A DNA stretch of 64,000 nt from a virus (IMGVR_UViG_3300030329_000083:1-64000), one strand, 5' to 3'. Numbered from the stretch's first letter, positions 9,962 to 19,937 are shown. Notes: generated by a model not told the origin, from the sequence alone. Program-made: numbers and translations.

Positions 9962-12454
9962 ATGGGAGCAACTTACACAAGACAATCATCATATAGTGAC
10001 GGTGATGTTATCACAGCCGCACACACTAATGACGAGTTTAATCAGTTATTAGCAGCGTTTCAGGCAACTACAGGTCACACACATGATGGCACAGCAAATG
10101 AAGGTGGACCAATTACTAAGCTACTTGGTAACACACTTACGTTTGGTGCAGGTACAGCAGGTACAGATATTACTATCACCTTTGATGGTGAAACTACTGA
10201 TGGTGTTCTCAAGTGGATGGAAGATGAAGACTACTTTGAGTTTTCAGATGATATACTTGTAGCCTCAGATGAAAAGATACAGTTTCGTGATACTGCTATT
10301 ACTATTAACTCTAGCACTGATGGTCAACTAGACTTAGTAGCTGATGGTGCTGTGTCTATTGATGCAGGTACAGACATTATACTAGACGCTGATGGTGCAG
10401 ATGTTTTATTAAAAGATGCAGGTACACAGTATGCATCCTTTACAAATAGTTCAGGTAATCTTGTAATTAAATCTGGTAGCACTACTGCTATGACTTTTGA
10501 CGGTGCTAATGTTACATTCTCAGGAACTGTGACAATAGGTAGTGCAGGTATATCAGAGGCAGAGCTAGAAATACTAGATGGTGCTACTGTAACTACTGAT
10601 GAGTTAAATATACTAGACGGTGTTACAGCTACTACTGCTGAACTTAATATTATGGACGGTGACACTTCAGCTACCTCTACTACAGTAGCTGATGCGGATA
10701 GAGTTGTGTTTAATGACGCAGGAACTATGAAGCAAGTAGCAGTTACTGACTTAGCTGCATACTTTGACGATGAGATAACTGCAATGCCAAACCTAGTCAC
10801 CACTGCTGCAACTACAGTTGGTGCATTAGATAGTGGTTCTATAACAAGTGGCTTTGGTACAATAGACACAGGTTCTTCTACTATAACAACAACAGGTGCT
10901 ATTACAGGTGGTTCTTTAGTAGCAGATAATATAACTATTGATGGCACAGAGATTGATTTATCATCTGGAGACTTGACAATAGATGTTGCAGGTGATATAA
11001 TACTAAACACAGATGATGGTATAGTTTCATTACAAGATGCATCTGCTACATTTGGTTCACTAGAAAACTCATCAGGTAACTTAGTTGTTAAGTCAGGCAC
11101 AACAACAGCCTTGACATTTAGTGGTGCAAATGTTACAATAGCAGGTGACTTAACAATTAGTGGTGATGACCTAACTATGGGTACTAATACTAGTGGTCAC
11201 ATCATGGTAGCAGATGGTACTAACTTTAATCCTGTAGCTGTATCAGGTGATGTAACAATGGCATCAAACGGTGCAGTAACAATAGCAAACGGTGCTGTTG
11301 AAACTGCAATGATAAATGCAAATGTAATTACAGGGCAAACTGCTGAAACATCTCTTGATACATCTAATGATGTCATACTTATACATGATGCTTCTGCTAG
11401 TGCATTAAGAAAGACAACACTTGCATCTATATCTTCTGCTCTTGGTGGTATTACAGATGTAGTTGCAGATACATCACCACAGTTAGGTGGTAACTTAGAT
11501 ACTAACTCGCACAATATACTTATTGATGATGCACACTTTATAGCAGACGAAAATGGTAATGAGCAGATTATCTTTCAAACAACATCATCTGCTGTCAATC
11601 AATTTGATATAACTAATGCTGCAACAGGTAATGCTCCTGAGTTATCTGCAACAGGTGGTGACACAAACATTAGTTTAAAGATAACACCAAAAGGTTCAGG
11701 ACAAGTTTTACTAGATGGTAATGTTGGAGTTGAGTCTGGACTAATTGATTTAAAGAACTCAGGTTCTAGGTCACAAATAAAATTCTACTGTGAGTCTGGT
11801 AATGCTCACGCACAAACATTACAGGCTGCGCCACATTCAGAGGCTGCATCAAACACTTTAACATTACCAAGTACAGGCGGTGACGTTGACTTAGTTTCAA
11901 CAGCTTCTACTGCTACACTAACTAATAAGACACTAACAAGTCCAAAGATAAACGAAGATGTAGCAGTAACAGCCACAGCAACAGAGATAAATCTATTAGA
12001 TGGAGTAACATCTACAACTTCAGAACTTAACATATTAGATGGTGTTACATCAACTGCTTCAGAGTTAAACTTAGTTGACGGTTCATCTGCAGGTACGATA
12101 GTAAATAGTAAAGCAGTTATATACGGTTCTAGTGGTGAAGTAAATGCAACAACATTACAGATAGCAGGAACATCTATTACATCAACTGCTGCTGAATTGA
12201 ATATCTTAGATGGTGTTACCTCAACTGCAGCAGAACTTAATATCTTAGATGGAGTTACATCCACAGCAACAGAACTAAATGTTATGGATGGTGATACGTC
12301 TGCTACATCCACAACGCTTGCAGACGCAGACAGGTTAGTAACAAACGATGCAGGAACAATGAAGCAGGTTGCATTAACAGATGTGAAAACATATTTAACC
12401 AGTGCAGGGTTTACTACAGATGACCCAACGGCACTTGCGATTGCCCTTGGATAG
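9962..12454 (+). CDS. Tail fibre protein
   Basis: GHTHDG N-terminal motif, Thr/Gly/Ser-rich, 14-aa ELNILDGVTST(A) repeats, DTSPQLGGNLD motif, C-terminal ALAIALG. Confidence 0.75.
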   Translation: MGATYTRQSSYSDGDVITAAHTNDEFNQLLAAFQATTGHTHDGTANEGGPITKLLGNTLTFGAGTAGTDITITFDGETTDGVLKWMEDEDYFEFSDDILVASDEKIQFRDTAITINSSTDGQLDLVADGAVSIDAGTDIILDADGADVLLKDAGTQYASFTNSSGNLVIKSGSTTAMTFDGANVTFSGTVTIGSAGISEAELEILDGATVTTDELNILDGVTATTAELNIMDGDTSATSTTVADADRVVFNDAGTMKQVAVTDLAAYFDDEITAMPNLVTTAATTVGALDSGSITSGFGTIDTGSSTITTTGAITGGSLVADNITIDGTEIDLSSGDLTIDVAGDIILNTDDGIVSLQDASATFGSLENSSGNLVVKSGTTTALTFSGANVTIAGDLTISGDDLTMGTNTSGHIMVADGTNFNPVAVSGDVTMASNGAVTIANGAVETAMINANVITGQTAETSLDTSNDVILIHDASASALRKTTLASISSALGGITDVVADTSPQLGGNLDTNSHNILIDDAHFIADENGNEQIIFQTTSSAVNQFDITNAATGNAPELSATGGDTNISLKITPKGSGQVLLDGNVGVESGLIDLKNSGSRSQIKFYCESGNAHAQTLQAAPHSEAASNTLTLPSTGGDVDLVSTASTATLTNKTLTSPKINEDVAVTATATEINLLDGVTSTTSELNILDGVTSTASELNLVDGSSAGTIVNSKAVIYGSSGEVNATTLQIAGTSITSTAAELNILDGVTSTAAELNILDGVTSTATELNVMDGDTSATSTTLADADRLVTNDAGTMKQVALTDVKTYLTSAGFTTDDPTALAIALG

Positions 12455-12467
12455 TTAGGAGAAACAG

Positions 12468-12827
12468 ATGGCAAATACATTTAAAGTGGTGACATTCGCA
12501 GCAGAGCCAAACGCTGCAGGTACACCCTACACAGTTTATACAACACCTTCAAGTACAACAACAGTTGTTATAGGTCTTGTATTGACAAACATACATACTT
12601 CTCAAGTCACAGCAGAAGTAGAGCTTGTAAGTGACACATCAGGAGGAGGCAGAGGAGCTACAAATGGTACAGCCTTTCTAGCCAAAGATGTGCCAATACC
12701 TGTAGGGTCTTCACTAGAATTGCTGTCAGGCGGTAAAGTTATATTAGAAACTACAGACGTACTAAGGATAGACTGTTCAGTAGCAGATAAACTGTCTGGA
12801 GCATTAAGCATCATGGAGATAACATAA
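12468..12827 (+). CDS. Tail-associated protein (MANTFK type)
   Basis: 119 aa following the ALAIALG-ending fibre; RBS AGGAG. Confidence 0.55.
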   Translation: MANTFKVVTFAAEPNAAGTPYTVYTTPSSTTTVVIGLVLTNIHTSQVTAEVELVSDTSGGGRGATNGTAFLAKDVPIPVGSSLELLSGGKVILETTDVLRIDCSVADKLSGALSIMEIT

Positions 12828-12828
12828 T

Positions 12829-13281
12829 ATGCCATATATCGGAGTAGAACCTGCCTCTAACTTTCAAACTGCTCCTGCGGTTGTTAGGTTTAGTGGTGAT
12901 GGTTCAGACACTACATTTGATTTAGGTAGAACGATTGGCTCTGTACAAGACATACTTGTATCTGTAGATGGTGTTGTACAGGACACTGCAGCCTACACTG
13001 TACCTGATGGGCAGACATTAACATTTAGTGCTGCACCTTCTTCTAACTCAGGTAATAATATCTTTGTATACTTTCTAGAGGTAGGTGGAGCTACGATAAC
13101 TCCTGCCGCAGAAAACAAAGGTAACTTTAAGGCAGGTGGTTTGTTTAGAACTAACGCACAATCTTTAACTTCTAATCTTACAATACTAGCTACAGAAAAT
13201 GCAAATGTAACAGGCACACTGTCTATTGCTTCAGGTAGTACACTTACGATTGAATCAGGTGGGAGGCTAGTGGTGCTATGA
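12829..13281 (+). CDS. Tail-fibre-related protein (MPYIG type), heads cassette 1
   Basis: MPYIG start, FSGDGSDTTF..VSVDGVVQ..LTFSAAP beta module. Confidence 0.6.
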   Translation: MPYIGVEPASNFQTAPAVVRFSGDGSDTTFDLGRTIGSVQDILVSVDGVVQDTAAYTVPDGQTLTFSAAPSSNSGNNIFVYFLEVGGATITPAAENKGNFKAGGLFRTNAQSLTSNLTILATENANVTGTLSIASGSTLTIESGGRLVVL

Positions 13282-13721
13282 GTACAGTAAAAGTAGATAC
13301 AATACAGACTACTGGTGGTGTTTCTGAAATAGCCATAGATAAACTCAAGGGTGTATCTTCTGCTAGTTCTATAAGTGTTGTAGGTGAAGGTGGTAGTACT
13401 ACAACTAATCTTCAACAAGGTGTAGCTAAATGTTGGGGTAATGCAGATGGAGATGCAGGAACTGTTGCATTTTTTGATTCATTTAATTTATCAAGTGTTA
13501 CAGACAACAGCACTGGTTACTATACCTTTAGTATAAACAATGACATGGTAAATGATGACTACTCTCTTCAGTTAAGTTCTAATATAGGTGGTGGTTCAGG
13601 AGGTTTTAATGGAGATGGTGGATTATTCACTGGAAGTTACGCATTTTATGCTTTCACTCAAGCAGGTAATTCAAGAGATGTGGCTCGTGCTATGACTACA
13701 GTACACGGAGATTTAGCATGA
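13278..13721 (+). CDS. GDLA-family small tail protein 1
   Basis: GEGGSTTTNLQQGVAKCW ... HGDLA; ATGA overlaps at both ends. Confidence 0.65.
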   Translation: MSTVKVDTIQTTGGVSEIAIDKLKGVSSASSISVVGEGGSTTTNLQQGVAKCWGNADGDAGTVAFFDSFNLSSVTDNSTGYYTFSINNDMVNDDYSLQLSSNIGGGSGGFNGDGGLFTGSYAFYAFTQAGNSRDVARAMTTVHGDLA

Positions 13722-14119
13722 GTACAGTATTACTAAATACACTAACAGGCAAAACCTCCGCAGGGTCTATCGTGGTGACAGGCGAAGGTGGTTCTACGAC
13801 TACAAATATGCAACAAGGTTTGGCAAAAGCACATTGTTACTGGGAAGCAACTTCAACAATAGTTAGAGGATTTAATATAAGCTCTATAGATGATGATGGC
13901 ACAGGAGATTGGGATTTAAATTACACAAATAATTTTAGTGGTACGAAGAACATCGTAACAACTGGAATACAAAATCAATTTACATCATCCAATATGGTTT
14001 TAGCTTTTGTTAGTTCAACAAATAATGCTACTACTGATGTAACAATATTTAATGTTATAACAAGTGGAACTAATCAGGATTCCTCTAATTACGTTACAGT
14101 AGATGGAGATTTAGCATGA
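13718..14119 (+). CDS. GDLA-family small tail protein 2
   Basis: GEGGSTTTNMQQGLAKA ... DGDLA. Confidence 0.65.
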   Translation: MSTVLLNTLTGKTSAGSIVVTGEGGSTTTNMQQGLAKAHCYWEATSTIVRGFNISSIDDDGTGDWDLNYTNNFSGTKNIVTTGIQNQFTSSNMVLAFVSSTNNATTDVTIFNVITSGTNQDSSNYVTVDGDLA

Positions 14120-14517
14120 GCATATCACATGGGACAATAGCATTTGACACGCTCACAACGTCTGACCAAGTAGAAACAGGTACTGAGAAGTCACTAGATA
14201 CAAGTTATGTATATCATGGTACTCCTAAAGCGTGGGCATACTCAGCCTATTCTTCAGGAACTCCACTTGATTCTGCTTCTTTAAATGTGTCTAGTAATAC
14301 GGATACAAACACTGGTGATACAAATCATAATTATACTAACAATATGTCTTCAACTAACTCAGGTGCAACAGCAGCAAATTCATCAACAAGTTCATGTCAG
14401 GGTACTTTTGCATCAGCAGATACAGCCACTACATATGTAAGAACGATAACTCGTAATACAAGTGATGCGTTGGCTGACCACAATAAATCAGCAGCCGTAT
14501 ATGGAGAATTAGCATGA
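14116..14517 (+). CDS. GDLA-family small tail protein 3
   Basis: GTPKAW..SLNVSS..DTNTGD ... YGELA. Confidence 0.65.
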   Translation: MSISHGTIAFDTLTTSDQVETGTEKSLDTSYVYHGTPKAWAYSAYSSGTPLDSASLNVSSNTDTNTGDTNHNYTNNMSSTNSGATAANSSTSSCQGTFASADTATTYVRTITRNTSDALADHNKSAAVYGELA

Positions 14518-15002
14518 TAGAAACACCAGAGTTTCAAGGAACACATTTGTGGGAGCGTCTATGTTGGGCAAAGGAAAAGCTAGAGCCTTACAGGAGCGAG
14601 TACTGCATAGTATGGGAAGACCCTAACGATATGGAAAACCCTGCTAAAGTTACACACCCAGACCCAAACTGGATGGCTTGTGCATTACAGGGTGGGATAC
14701 TACCACCAGTACAATCCTACTGGGAACTAAAGAAAGATGAAGCAAAGCCTGACTTTGTAAAACATACCAGAGGTCCAGAGCTTCTACATAATATGAAACC
14801 TATTGACGCTATGACAGAAGAAGAAGCAATAGAGTATCTTATAATGAAAGACATACCTGAACATGTCTGGAGAGATTGGGATAAATCCAATAAGCCACGA
14901 TTGGTTATCTGCAAAAAAAGTCAACTTCCTGCAACTAGGGAGTGGAGAAATGCGTGGCAAATAAGCGATGAACTCACTGTTGAGACATCAGTAGCCGCAT
15001 AA
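14514..15002 (+). CDS. Tail-fibre-associated protein
   Basis: 162 aa; LPATREWRNAW resembles PSDRHFRGAW of the next gene. Confidence 0.5.
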   Translation: MIETPEFQGTHLWERLCWAKEKLEPYRSEYCIVWEDPNDMENPAKVTHPDPNWMACALQGGILPPVQSYWELKKDEAKPDFVKHTRGPELLHNMKPIDAMTEEEAIEYLIMKDIPEHVWRDWDKSNKPRLVICKKSQLPATREWRNAWQISDELTVETSVAA

Positions 15003-15016
15003 AGGAGTATTAAACT

Positions 15017-15391
15017 ATGGCAACTAAATCTTATATTACGGACATGGATGGCAAGACTGTTGATGCGTCTACTGTAAGCAAACCATCCGACAGGCACTTC
15101 AGAGGAGCATGGAAGCTCTCTGGTAGTACTATTTCTGAAGACATGACTAAAGCTAAAGAAATTTTTAAAGACAAAATTAGGAGTGTACGTCAGCCTCTAC
15201 TGGACGCTGAAGACGTAGTGTACATGAAGGCACTAGAAGCTAGTGACTCATCAGCACAAGCTGCAAGTGTCGCTAAGAAGAAAAAACTTAGAGATGCACC
15301 TGCTGCCTCTGCGATTGGTAGTGCTGACACTATAGCTAAACTAAAAGCAGCTTGGGATACAAGCACATTGGGTACTAGCCCTTACGCATAA
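15017..15391 (+). CDS. Phage tail assembly chaperone-like protein
   Basis: IRSVRQPLL..EDVVYMKALE..KKKLRDAPA pattern of tail-fibre chaperones. Confidence 0.55.
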   Translation: MATKSYITDMDGKTVDASTVSKPSDRHFRGAWKLSGSTISEDMTKAKEIFKDKIRSVRQPLLDAEDVVYMKALEASDSSAQAASVAKKKKLRDAPAASAIGSADTIAKLKAAWDTSTLGTSPYA

Positions 15392-15401
15392 GGATAAGTA
15401 A

Positions 15402-15914
15402 ATGGCACTTAGTAAAATCATAGGTGATGGTCTTGGTGAAGTTAATGAGGCTTCTAATTACGAAATAGATATGTTTAGGCTTACGACTGATGTAACGTCT
15501 GACACATCTGCCATCACTAATTGGGAACGTGTAGATGATGCGTCATTTGCTAAGATAGGTACTGGTATGTCAGAAAGCTCTGGTACTTGGACTTTTCCAA
15601 GAACAGGTTTGTACCGTGTAGATGTTATGGCAGATATTTTTACAACAAATGCTGACCAAGTAACTAAATTAAAACTTAATGTTACAATTAATAACTCTGA
15701 CTATGACCAAGTAGCTCAATGTGGTGAAGGAACTAATTCTTCCGCAGACCTAAATCAACATGCAAGTATGTTTGCGTTAATTAACGTCACTAATACTAGT
15801 AACGTAAAATTTCAATTAGAATCTGCTAGTATGGCTACAAGTGGAATAATAGAGGGTAATACCGCATTTACCCAAACAGGAATTTTAATTGAACGTAAAG
15901 GTCCAAGTCAATGA
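15402..15914 (+). CDS. Tail fibre tip / C1q-like beta protein
   Basis: MALSKI start; SGTWTFPRTGLYRV motif. Confidence 0.5.
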   Translation: MALSKIIGDGLGEVNEASNYEIDMFRLTTDVTSDTSAITNWERVDDASFAKIGTGMSESSGTWTFPRTGLYRVDVMADIFTTNADQVTKLKLNVTINNSDYDQVAQCGEGTNSSADLNQHASMFALINVTNTSNVKFQLESASMATSGIIEGNTAFTQTGILIERKGPSQ

Positions 15915-15924
15915 GGATAAATAA

Positions 15925-16389
15925 ATGCCATATATAGGTAAAGCACCAAAAAACTCAGTCCGTAGTCGCTTCACATATCAAGCGACAGCAGGACAAACAT
16001 CATTTAGTGGCAGTGATAGCAACTCGCTAACACTCAGCTATCCAGATAGTTTGTACATGGACGTTTATCAAAATGGAGTGATGCTCAAGGCAGGTACAGA
16101 CTATACCGCTACGACAGGAACAACAGTAGTGCTAGTTAGTTCTGCATCAGCTAATGACGTAGTTGAGATGGTAGTCTATGATGTGTTTGACGTAGCCGAT
16201 AGCTACACTAAGACACAGGCAGATACACGTTATCCATTCTTAGGTAACAATTCAATCATTAGAACTAATGGTGCTACAGTAGAAACAGATATAAGTATAG
16301 ATAGCAGTACAAATGGATTATCAGCAGGACCAATCACTATTGATTCTTCTAGCACTGTTACTGTTGCAGGACACTGGAGTATAGTATGA
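15925..16389 (+). CDS. Tail-fibre-related protein (MPYIG type), heads cassette 2
   Basis: MPYIG start, ATAGQTSF..DVYQNGV..DYTAT module, C-terminal SAGPITI. Confidence 0.6.
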   Translation: MPYIGKAPKNSVRSRFTYQATAGQTSFSGSDSNSLTLSYPDSLYMDVYQNGVMLKAGTDYTATTGTTVVLVSSASANDVVEMVVYDVFDVADSYTKTQADTRYPFLGNNSIIRTNGATVETDISIDSSTNGLSAGPITIDSSSTVTVAGHWSIV

Positions 16390-16787
16390 CAAGTAAGCTA
16401 GTCTTAGACAATATAGCAGGAAGAACTACAGCAGGTAGTATAACTATTGTTGGAGAAGGCAATAGTACAACAACTAATTTACAACAAGGCTTGGCTAAAG
16501 CGTGGGCAGGTGGTGCTGATGATGGCACTACAATTAATGACAGTTTTAACGTAACAAGTAGGACAGACGAAGGCACAGGAAACTATGACTACACTGTAAC
16601 AAACGCTTTTTCTGCTCAAATAGATGACGGTGGAGTAGGAGGAATGTGTTTTGGTGGTGCAAGAGTTTGTAGAGGAGCTAGTGGAGCTACTACTACTAGC
16701 GTTATTGATATAGTAACAAACACTTCTTCTAGTGGTTCTGCTGTAGATTCAGTACATGGGTTTACGATACACGGAGATTTAGCATAA
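16386..16787 (+). CDS. GDLA-family small tail protein 4
   Basis: GEGNSTTTNLQQGLAKAW ... HGDLA. Confidence 0.65.
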   Translation: MTSKLVLDNIAGRTTAGSITIVGEGNSTTTNLQQGLAKAWAGGADDGTTINDSFNVTSRTDEGTGNYDYTVTNAFSAQIDDGGVGGMCFGGARVCRGASGATTTSVIDIVTNTSSSGSAVDSVHGFTIHGDLA

Positions 16788-17269
16788 TGGTTAGTGAACT
16801 AAGAGTAGACAAAATACATAACGAAGGTGGAGACAACGATAGCGGAATTGACCTCTCAACCAATGACCAGATAGTTCTCAAGACTGCTAACACTACTCGC
16901 CTGACTATGAACGCTACAGGTCAGACTGAGATTGTTGGTGAAGGTGGTAGCGTTATGACTAATCTACAAAACGGTTTATGTAAGGCTTGGGTAAATGCAG
17001 ATAATGACGCTAGTAGAAATGATAGTTTTAATTTTGATGGTGAGACAGACCACGGAACAGGAGACTATTCATATGATTTAATCGCTCATATGTCAGCTAC
17101 TAACTCATACTCTCAATCAGGAATAGCTAGAACTAGTGTAGATGGTCGAATTATAACTAGAAATACTACTAGAGATACAGCAGGTGTAGTGGCAGTTGAG
17201 TGTTCTGATGATGGTGGAACTTTAACTGATATACATCACGATATATTCATTGTGGGAGATTTGGCATAA
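16787..17269 (+). CDS. GDLA-family small tail protein 5
   Basis: GEGGSVMTNLQNGLCKAW ... VGDLA. Confidence 0.65.
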   Translation: MVSELRVDKIHNEGGDNDSGIDLSTNDQIVLKTANTTRLTMNATGQTEIVGEGGSVMTNLQNGLCKAWVNADNDASRNDSFNFDGETDHGTGDYSYDLIAHMSATNSYSQSGIARTSVDGRIITRNTTRDTAGVVAVECSDDGGTLTDIHHDIFIVGDLA

Positions 17270-17700
17270 TGGCAAGTGAACTCAAAGTAAATACACTCAC
17301 AGGAGTTAGCACAGCAGGTAGCATTGCAGTCACAGGTGAAGGTAATAGCACCACGACTAATCTACAACAAGGTTTAATTAAACAGTGGGTAAATTTAACT
17401 GCGGCAACTCCTGCTTATAAAGATAGTTTTAATGCGTCTACGATTACAGATGAAGGTTTAGGTATATATGAGTATCCTTTTACAAACCCTATGGGTAATG
17501 CAAACTATAGTGCTGTAGGGTGTGCTTCAACTAAAGGTTCTAATAATTCTTATTCAGCCATTGTGACAACAGGAGACTCAGCTAATAGTTATGGTTTGCA
17601 TAGCACCGCTTCTATTCGTTTTAACACATATGCTTATAATTCAAGTGCTTTAACAGACCAAGACACGGTGAATAGTATGGTATCAGGAGATTTAGCATGA
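17269..17700 (+). CDS. GDLA-family small tail protein 6
   Basis: GEGNSTTTNLQQGLIKQW ... SGDLA. Confidence 0.65.
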   Translation: MASELKVNTLTGVSTAGSIAVTGEGNSTTTNLQQGLIKQWVNLTAATPAYKDSFNASTITDEGLGIYEYPFTNPMGNANYSAVGCASTKGSNNSYSAIVTTGDSANSYGLHSTASIRFNTYAYNSSALTDQDTVNSMVSGDLA

Positions 17701-18740
17701 GTAAAGCGGCAGAACTAGCGGCACTAATTGCCAATGTGAACAACGGTAGCTCGTTAGCTAATAAGAACCTTATCATCAATGGCGGTATGACTGTCTCTCA
17801 GAGAAGCACTTCAGAAGCTAGTCAAACTACTGTAGACGGATATGTTTGTCTTGATAGGTGGTCTATACAAACAGGTTCAGTTGGAACATTTACCCATTCT
17901 CAAAGTTCAAATGTTCCTGCAGGATATGGGTTTTCTAATAGTGCTAAGTTTGACTGTACAACAGCAGATGCTTCTCCTGATTATGGATTAATAAGACAAA
18001 GGTTTGAAGGTCAAAATCTACAGGTTCTTAATAAGGGAACTAGCGGTGCTGTACCTGTTACATTATCATTTTGGGTAAAGTCAAACTTAACTGGTAACTT
18101 TCAAGTTAATCTACAGGATATTGATACATCAGGTTCAAGACATATTGGTGCTACTTATTCAATTTCTTCTGCTGATACTTGGGAGAAAAAAGAAATAACT
18201 TTTGCAGGAGATACTACAGGTGCGTTGGATAATGATAATGCTTGTAGCTTTAATATAGAGTGGTGGTTAGCGGCAGGTTCTACTTATAATAGTGGAAGTG
18301 TTCCTACTTCATGGGCGGCTGAAGCTAATGCTAACAGAGCCGCAGGTCTTAATGTAAGCATTGGTTCTAGTACCGATAATGAATTTTATTTAACTGGAGT
18401 GCAACTTGAGATTGGTGAGAAGGCTACGGAATTTGAGCATGAATCATATGATGCTACACTAGCTAAGTGCCAAAGGTATTATGAACTAGTTAGACGTGGT
18501 CCTGACGGAGGTAGTGCTAATAACAATAGATTTTACAGTTCTACATATGGTAATACTGTTTCAAGTATGGCACATCTAACATATAAGCATAAACGTACAG
18601 AAGACCCAACAGTTTCTTATACCGCAGTAGCAGGAGCAGTTAGTAATGTATATGGATTAAGTAGTAATGGTGTAAGTTTGTATGACTCTGATGATGCAGG
18701 TTTTTATTTACACAGTATAACTGTAGCAGATGAATTGTAG
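17697..18740 (+). CDS. Tail/receptor-binding protein with carbohydrate-binding-like jelly roll
   Basis: KNLIINGGM.VSQR..DRW..TLSFWVKS..TGVQLEIG.KATEFEH..CQRYY pattern common in marine phage tail proteins. Confidence 0.65.
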   Translation: MSKAAELAALIANVNNGSSLANKNLIINGGMTVSQRSTSEASQTTVDGYVCLDRWSIQTGSVGTFTHSQSSNVPAGYGFSNSAKFDCTTADASPDYGLIRQRFEGQNLQVLNKGTSGAVPVTLSFWVKSNLTGNFQVNLQDIDTSGSRHIGATYSISSADTWEKKEITFAGDTTGALDNDNACSFNIEWWLAAGSTYNSGSVPTSWAAEANANRAAGLNVSIGSSTDNEFYLTGVQLEIGEKATEFEHESYDATLAKCQRYYELVRRGPDGGSANNNRFYSSTYGNTVSSMAHLTYKHKRTEDPTVSYTAVAGAVSNVYGLSSNGVSLYDSDDAGFYLHSITVADEL

Positions 18741-18747
18741 GTAAAAA

Positions 18748-18939
18748 ATGAAAATTATAAAAACACAGTATTTAAAAGAACACCCTACTCTTGGGGATGG
18801 TAAAACAATTACATCTATTAAAGTATCATTAGAAAACGGTAGTGAAATGATTGTGCCATTATCAGAAACTAATGCAGACTATAATAAAATAATGAAACAA
18901 GTCAAAGCAGGTACACTTACCATTAAAGACGCTGACTAA
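18748..18939 (+). CDS. Small tail-fibre chaperone-like protein
   Basis: VPLSETNADY..GTLTIKDAD, typical partner of the preceding family. Confidence 0.5.
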   Translation: MKIIKTQYLKEHPTLGDGKTITSIKVSLENGSEMIVPLSETNADYNKIMKQVKAGTLTIKDAD

Positions 18940-18950
18940 GGAGGTGTATC

Positions 18951-19430
18951 ATAGACCCATTAACAGTCAGTGCGGCAATATCCACAGCTACGGCTGCATT
19001 TAATGGGATTAAGAAAGCCTTCCAAGCAGGGCGAGACTTGGAACAAATGTCAGGTGACTTGTCTCGTTGGATGGGAGCAGTCAGTGATGTAGACCACATA
19101 CACAAGTCTGCCAAGTCACCATCCATGTTAAAGAAGATGTTCGCTGCACAGTCGGTAGAACAAGAAGCGATAGAGGCATTTGCTGCAAAGAAGAAACTAC
19201 AGCAACAGCGTGATGACCTTAAAACATATATCATGTTCACGCAAGGAACTAAAGCTTGGGATGAGCTACTAGAAACTGAAGCTAACATCCGTAAGTCTAG
19301 AAAGAAGATGGTATATGAAGCTCAACAGAGAAGAGAGAAAATACTTAACGCTGTGTTTATTAGTATCGGTCTTGCTGCTATTACCATCCTTACTAGTGGA
19401 TTGCTCTACGTTATTATCACTAATATCTAA
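18951..19430 (+). CDS. Hypothetical membrane-anchored protein (probable non-canonical ATA start)
   Basis: SD TAAGGAGGT at 18937-18945, then in-frame ATA GAC CCA (IDPLTV...) 29 codons upstream of the called TTG; C-terminal TM helix. Confidence 0.6.
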   Translation: MDPLTVSAAISTATAAFNGIKKAFQAGRDLEQMSGDLSRWMGAVSDVDHIHKSAKSPSMLKKMFAAQSVEQEAIEAFAAKKKLQQQRDDLKTYIMFTQGTKAWDELLETEANIRKSRKKMVYEAQQRREKILNAVFISIGLAAITILTSGLLYVIITNI

Positions 19431-19707
19431 GGCAGAGGCACACGAACATAAGTATAAACCTACATTAGAGAACGGACACTTAACTATATGTAGGCTGAAG
19501 AAAGTAGAGAAGGCACACCAGAACGCTAACGGCAAAGATGGAATAGCATGGTGGTGTTTATACGAAGGTGCAAACGGTAGTGGGTTTTTAGAGTTAGTTG
19601 ACTCATTTAAACTGTGTCCAAAAGAAGTGGTTTGTATGTATGACCCAAAGGAAAAACCACCTAGCATAGACGATATGTTAAAAGCAATGAAGGACGCATT
19701 TAAATAA
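19315..19707 (+). CDS. Hypothetical exported protein (start uncertain)
   Basis: Hydrophobic N-terminus with AEA signal-like site, Cys-containing domain; TAATG coupling to the next gene. Confidence 0.45.
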   Translation: MKLNREERKYLTLCLLVSVLLLLPSLLVDCSTLLSLISKAEAHEHKYKPTLENGHLTICRLKKVEKAHQNANGKDGIAWWCLYEGANGSGFLELVDSFKLCPKEVVCMYDPKEKPPSIDDMLKAMKDAFK

Positions 19708-19937
19708 TGGAAATTAACCCTATACTATTCTGGAACTTAATACTGACACTTGTAATAGCTCCTGCTTTCTGGACATTCAGAGGGCTGATTGCAGAGGTAA
19801 AACGCATAGACATACTCCTTAATAAAACTAGAGAAGAATACGCTTCAAGAGATGACGTTAAGGAAGAAATGAAGACAGTCCATGAAGCTATGCACCGTAT
19901 TGAAGATAAGCTAGACAAGTTATTGATTAAAGGTTAA
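19707..19937 (+). CDS. Small TM + coiled-coil protein
   Basis: N-terminal TM helix, then RIEDKLDKL coiled coil. Confidence 0.55.
   Translation: MEINPILFWNLILTLVIAPAFWTFRGLIAEVKRIDILLNKTREEYASRDDVKEEMKTVHEAMHRIEDKLDKLLIKG

Noticed and set aside
10324-12480. Long minus-strand ORFs (258, 105, 224 aa) and similar antisense ORFs elsewhere, including the 87-aa ORF in both portals
   Set aside because: Antisense shadows of real genes caused by codon bias; no RBS or motifs
13278-17700. Diversity-generating retroelement or invertase shufflon
   Set aside because: No reverse transcriptase, no adenine-specific TR/VR pair, all genes co-oriented, no adjacent invertase
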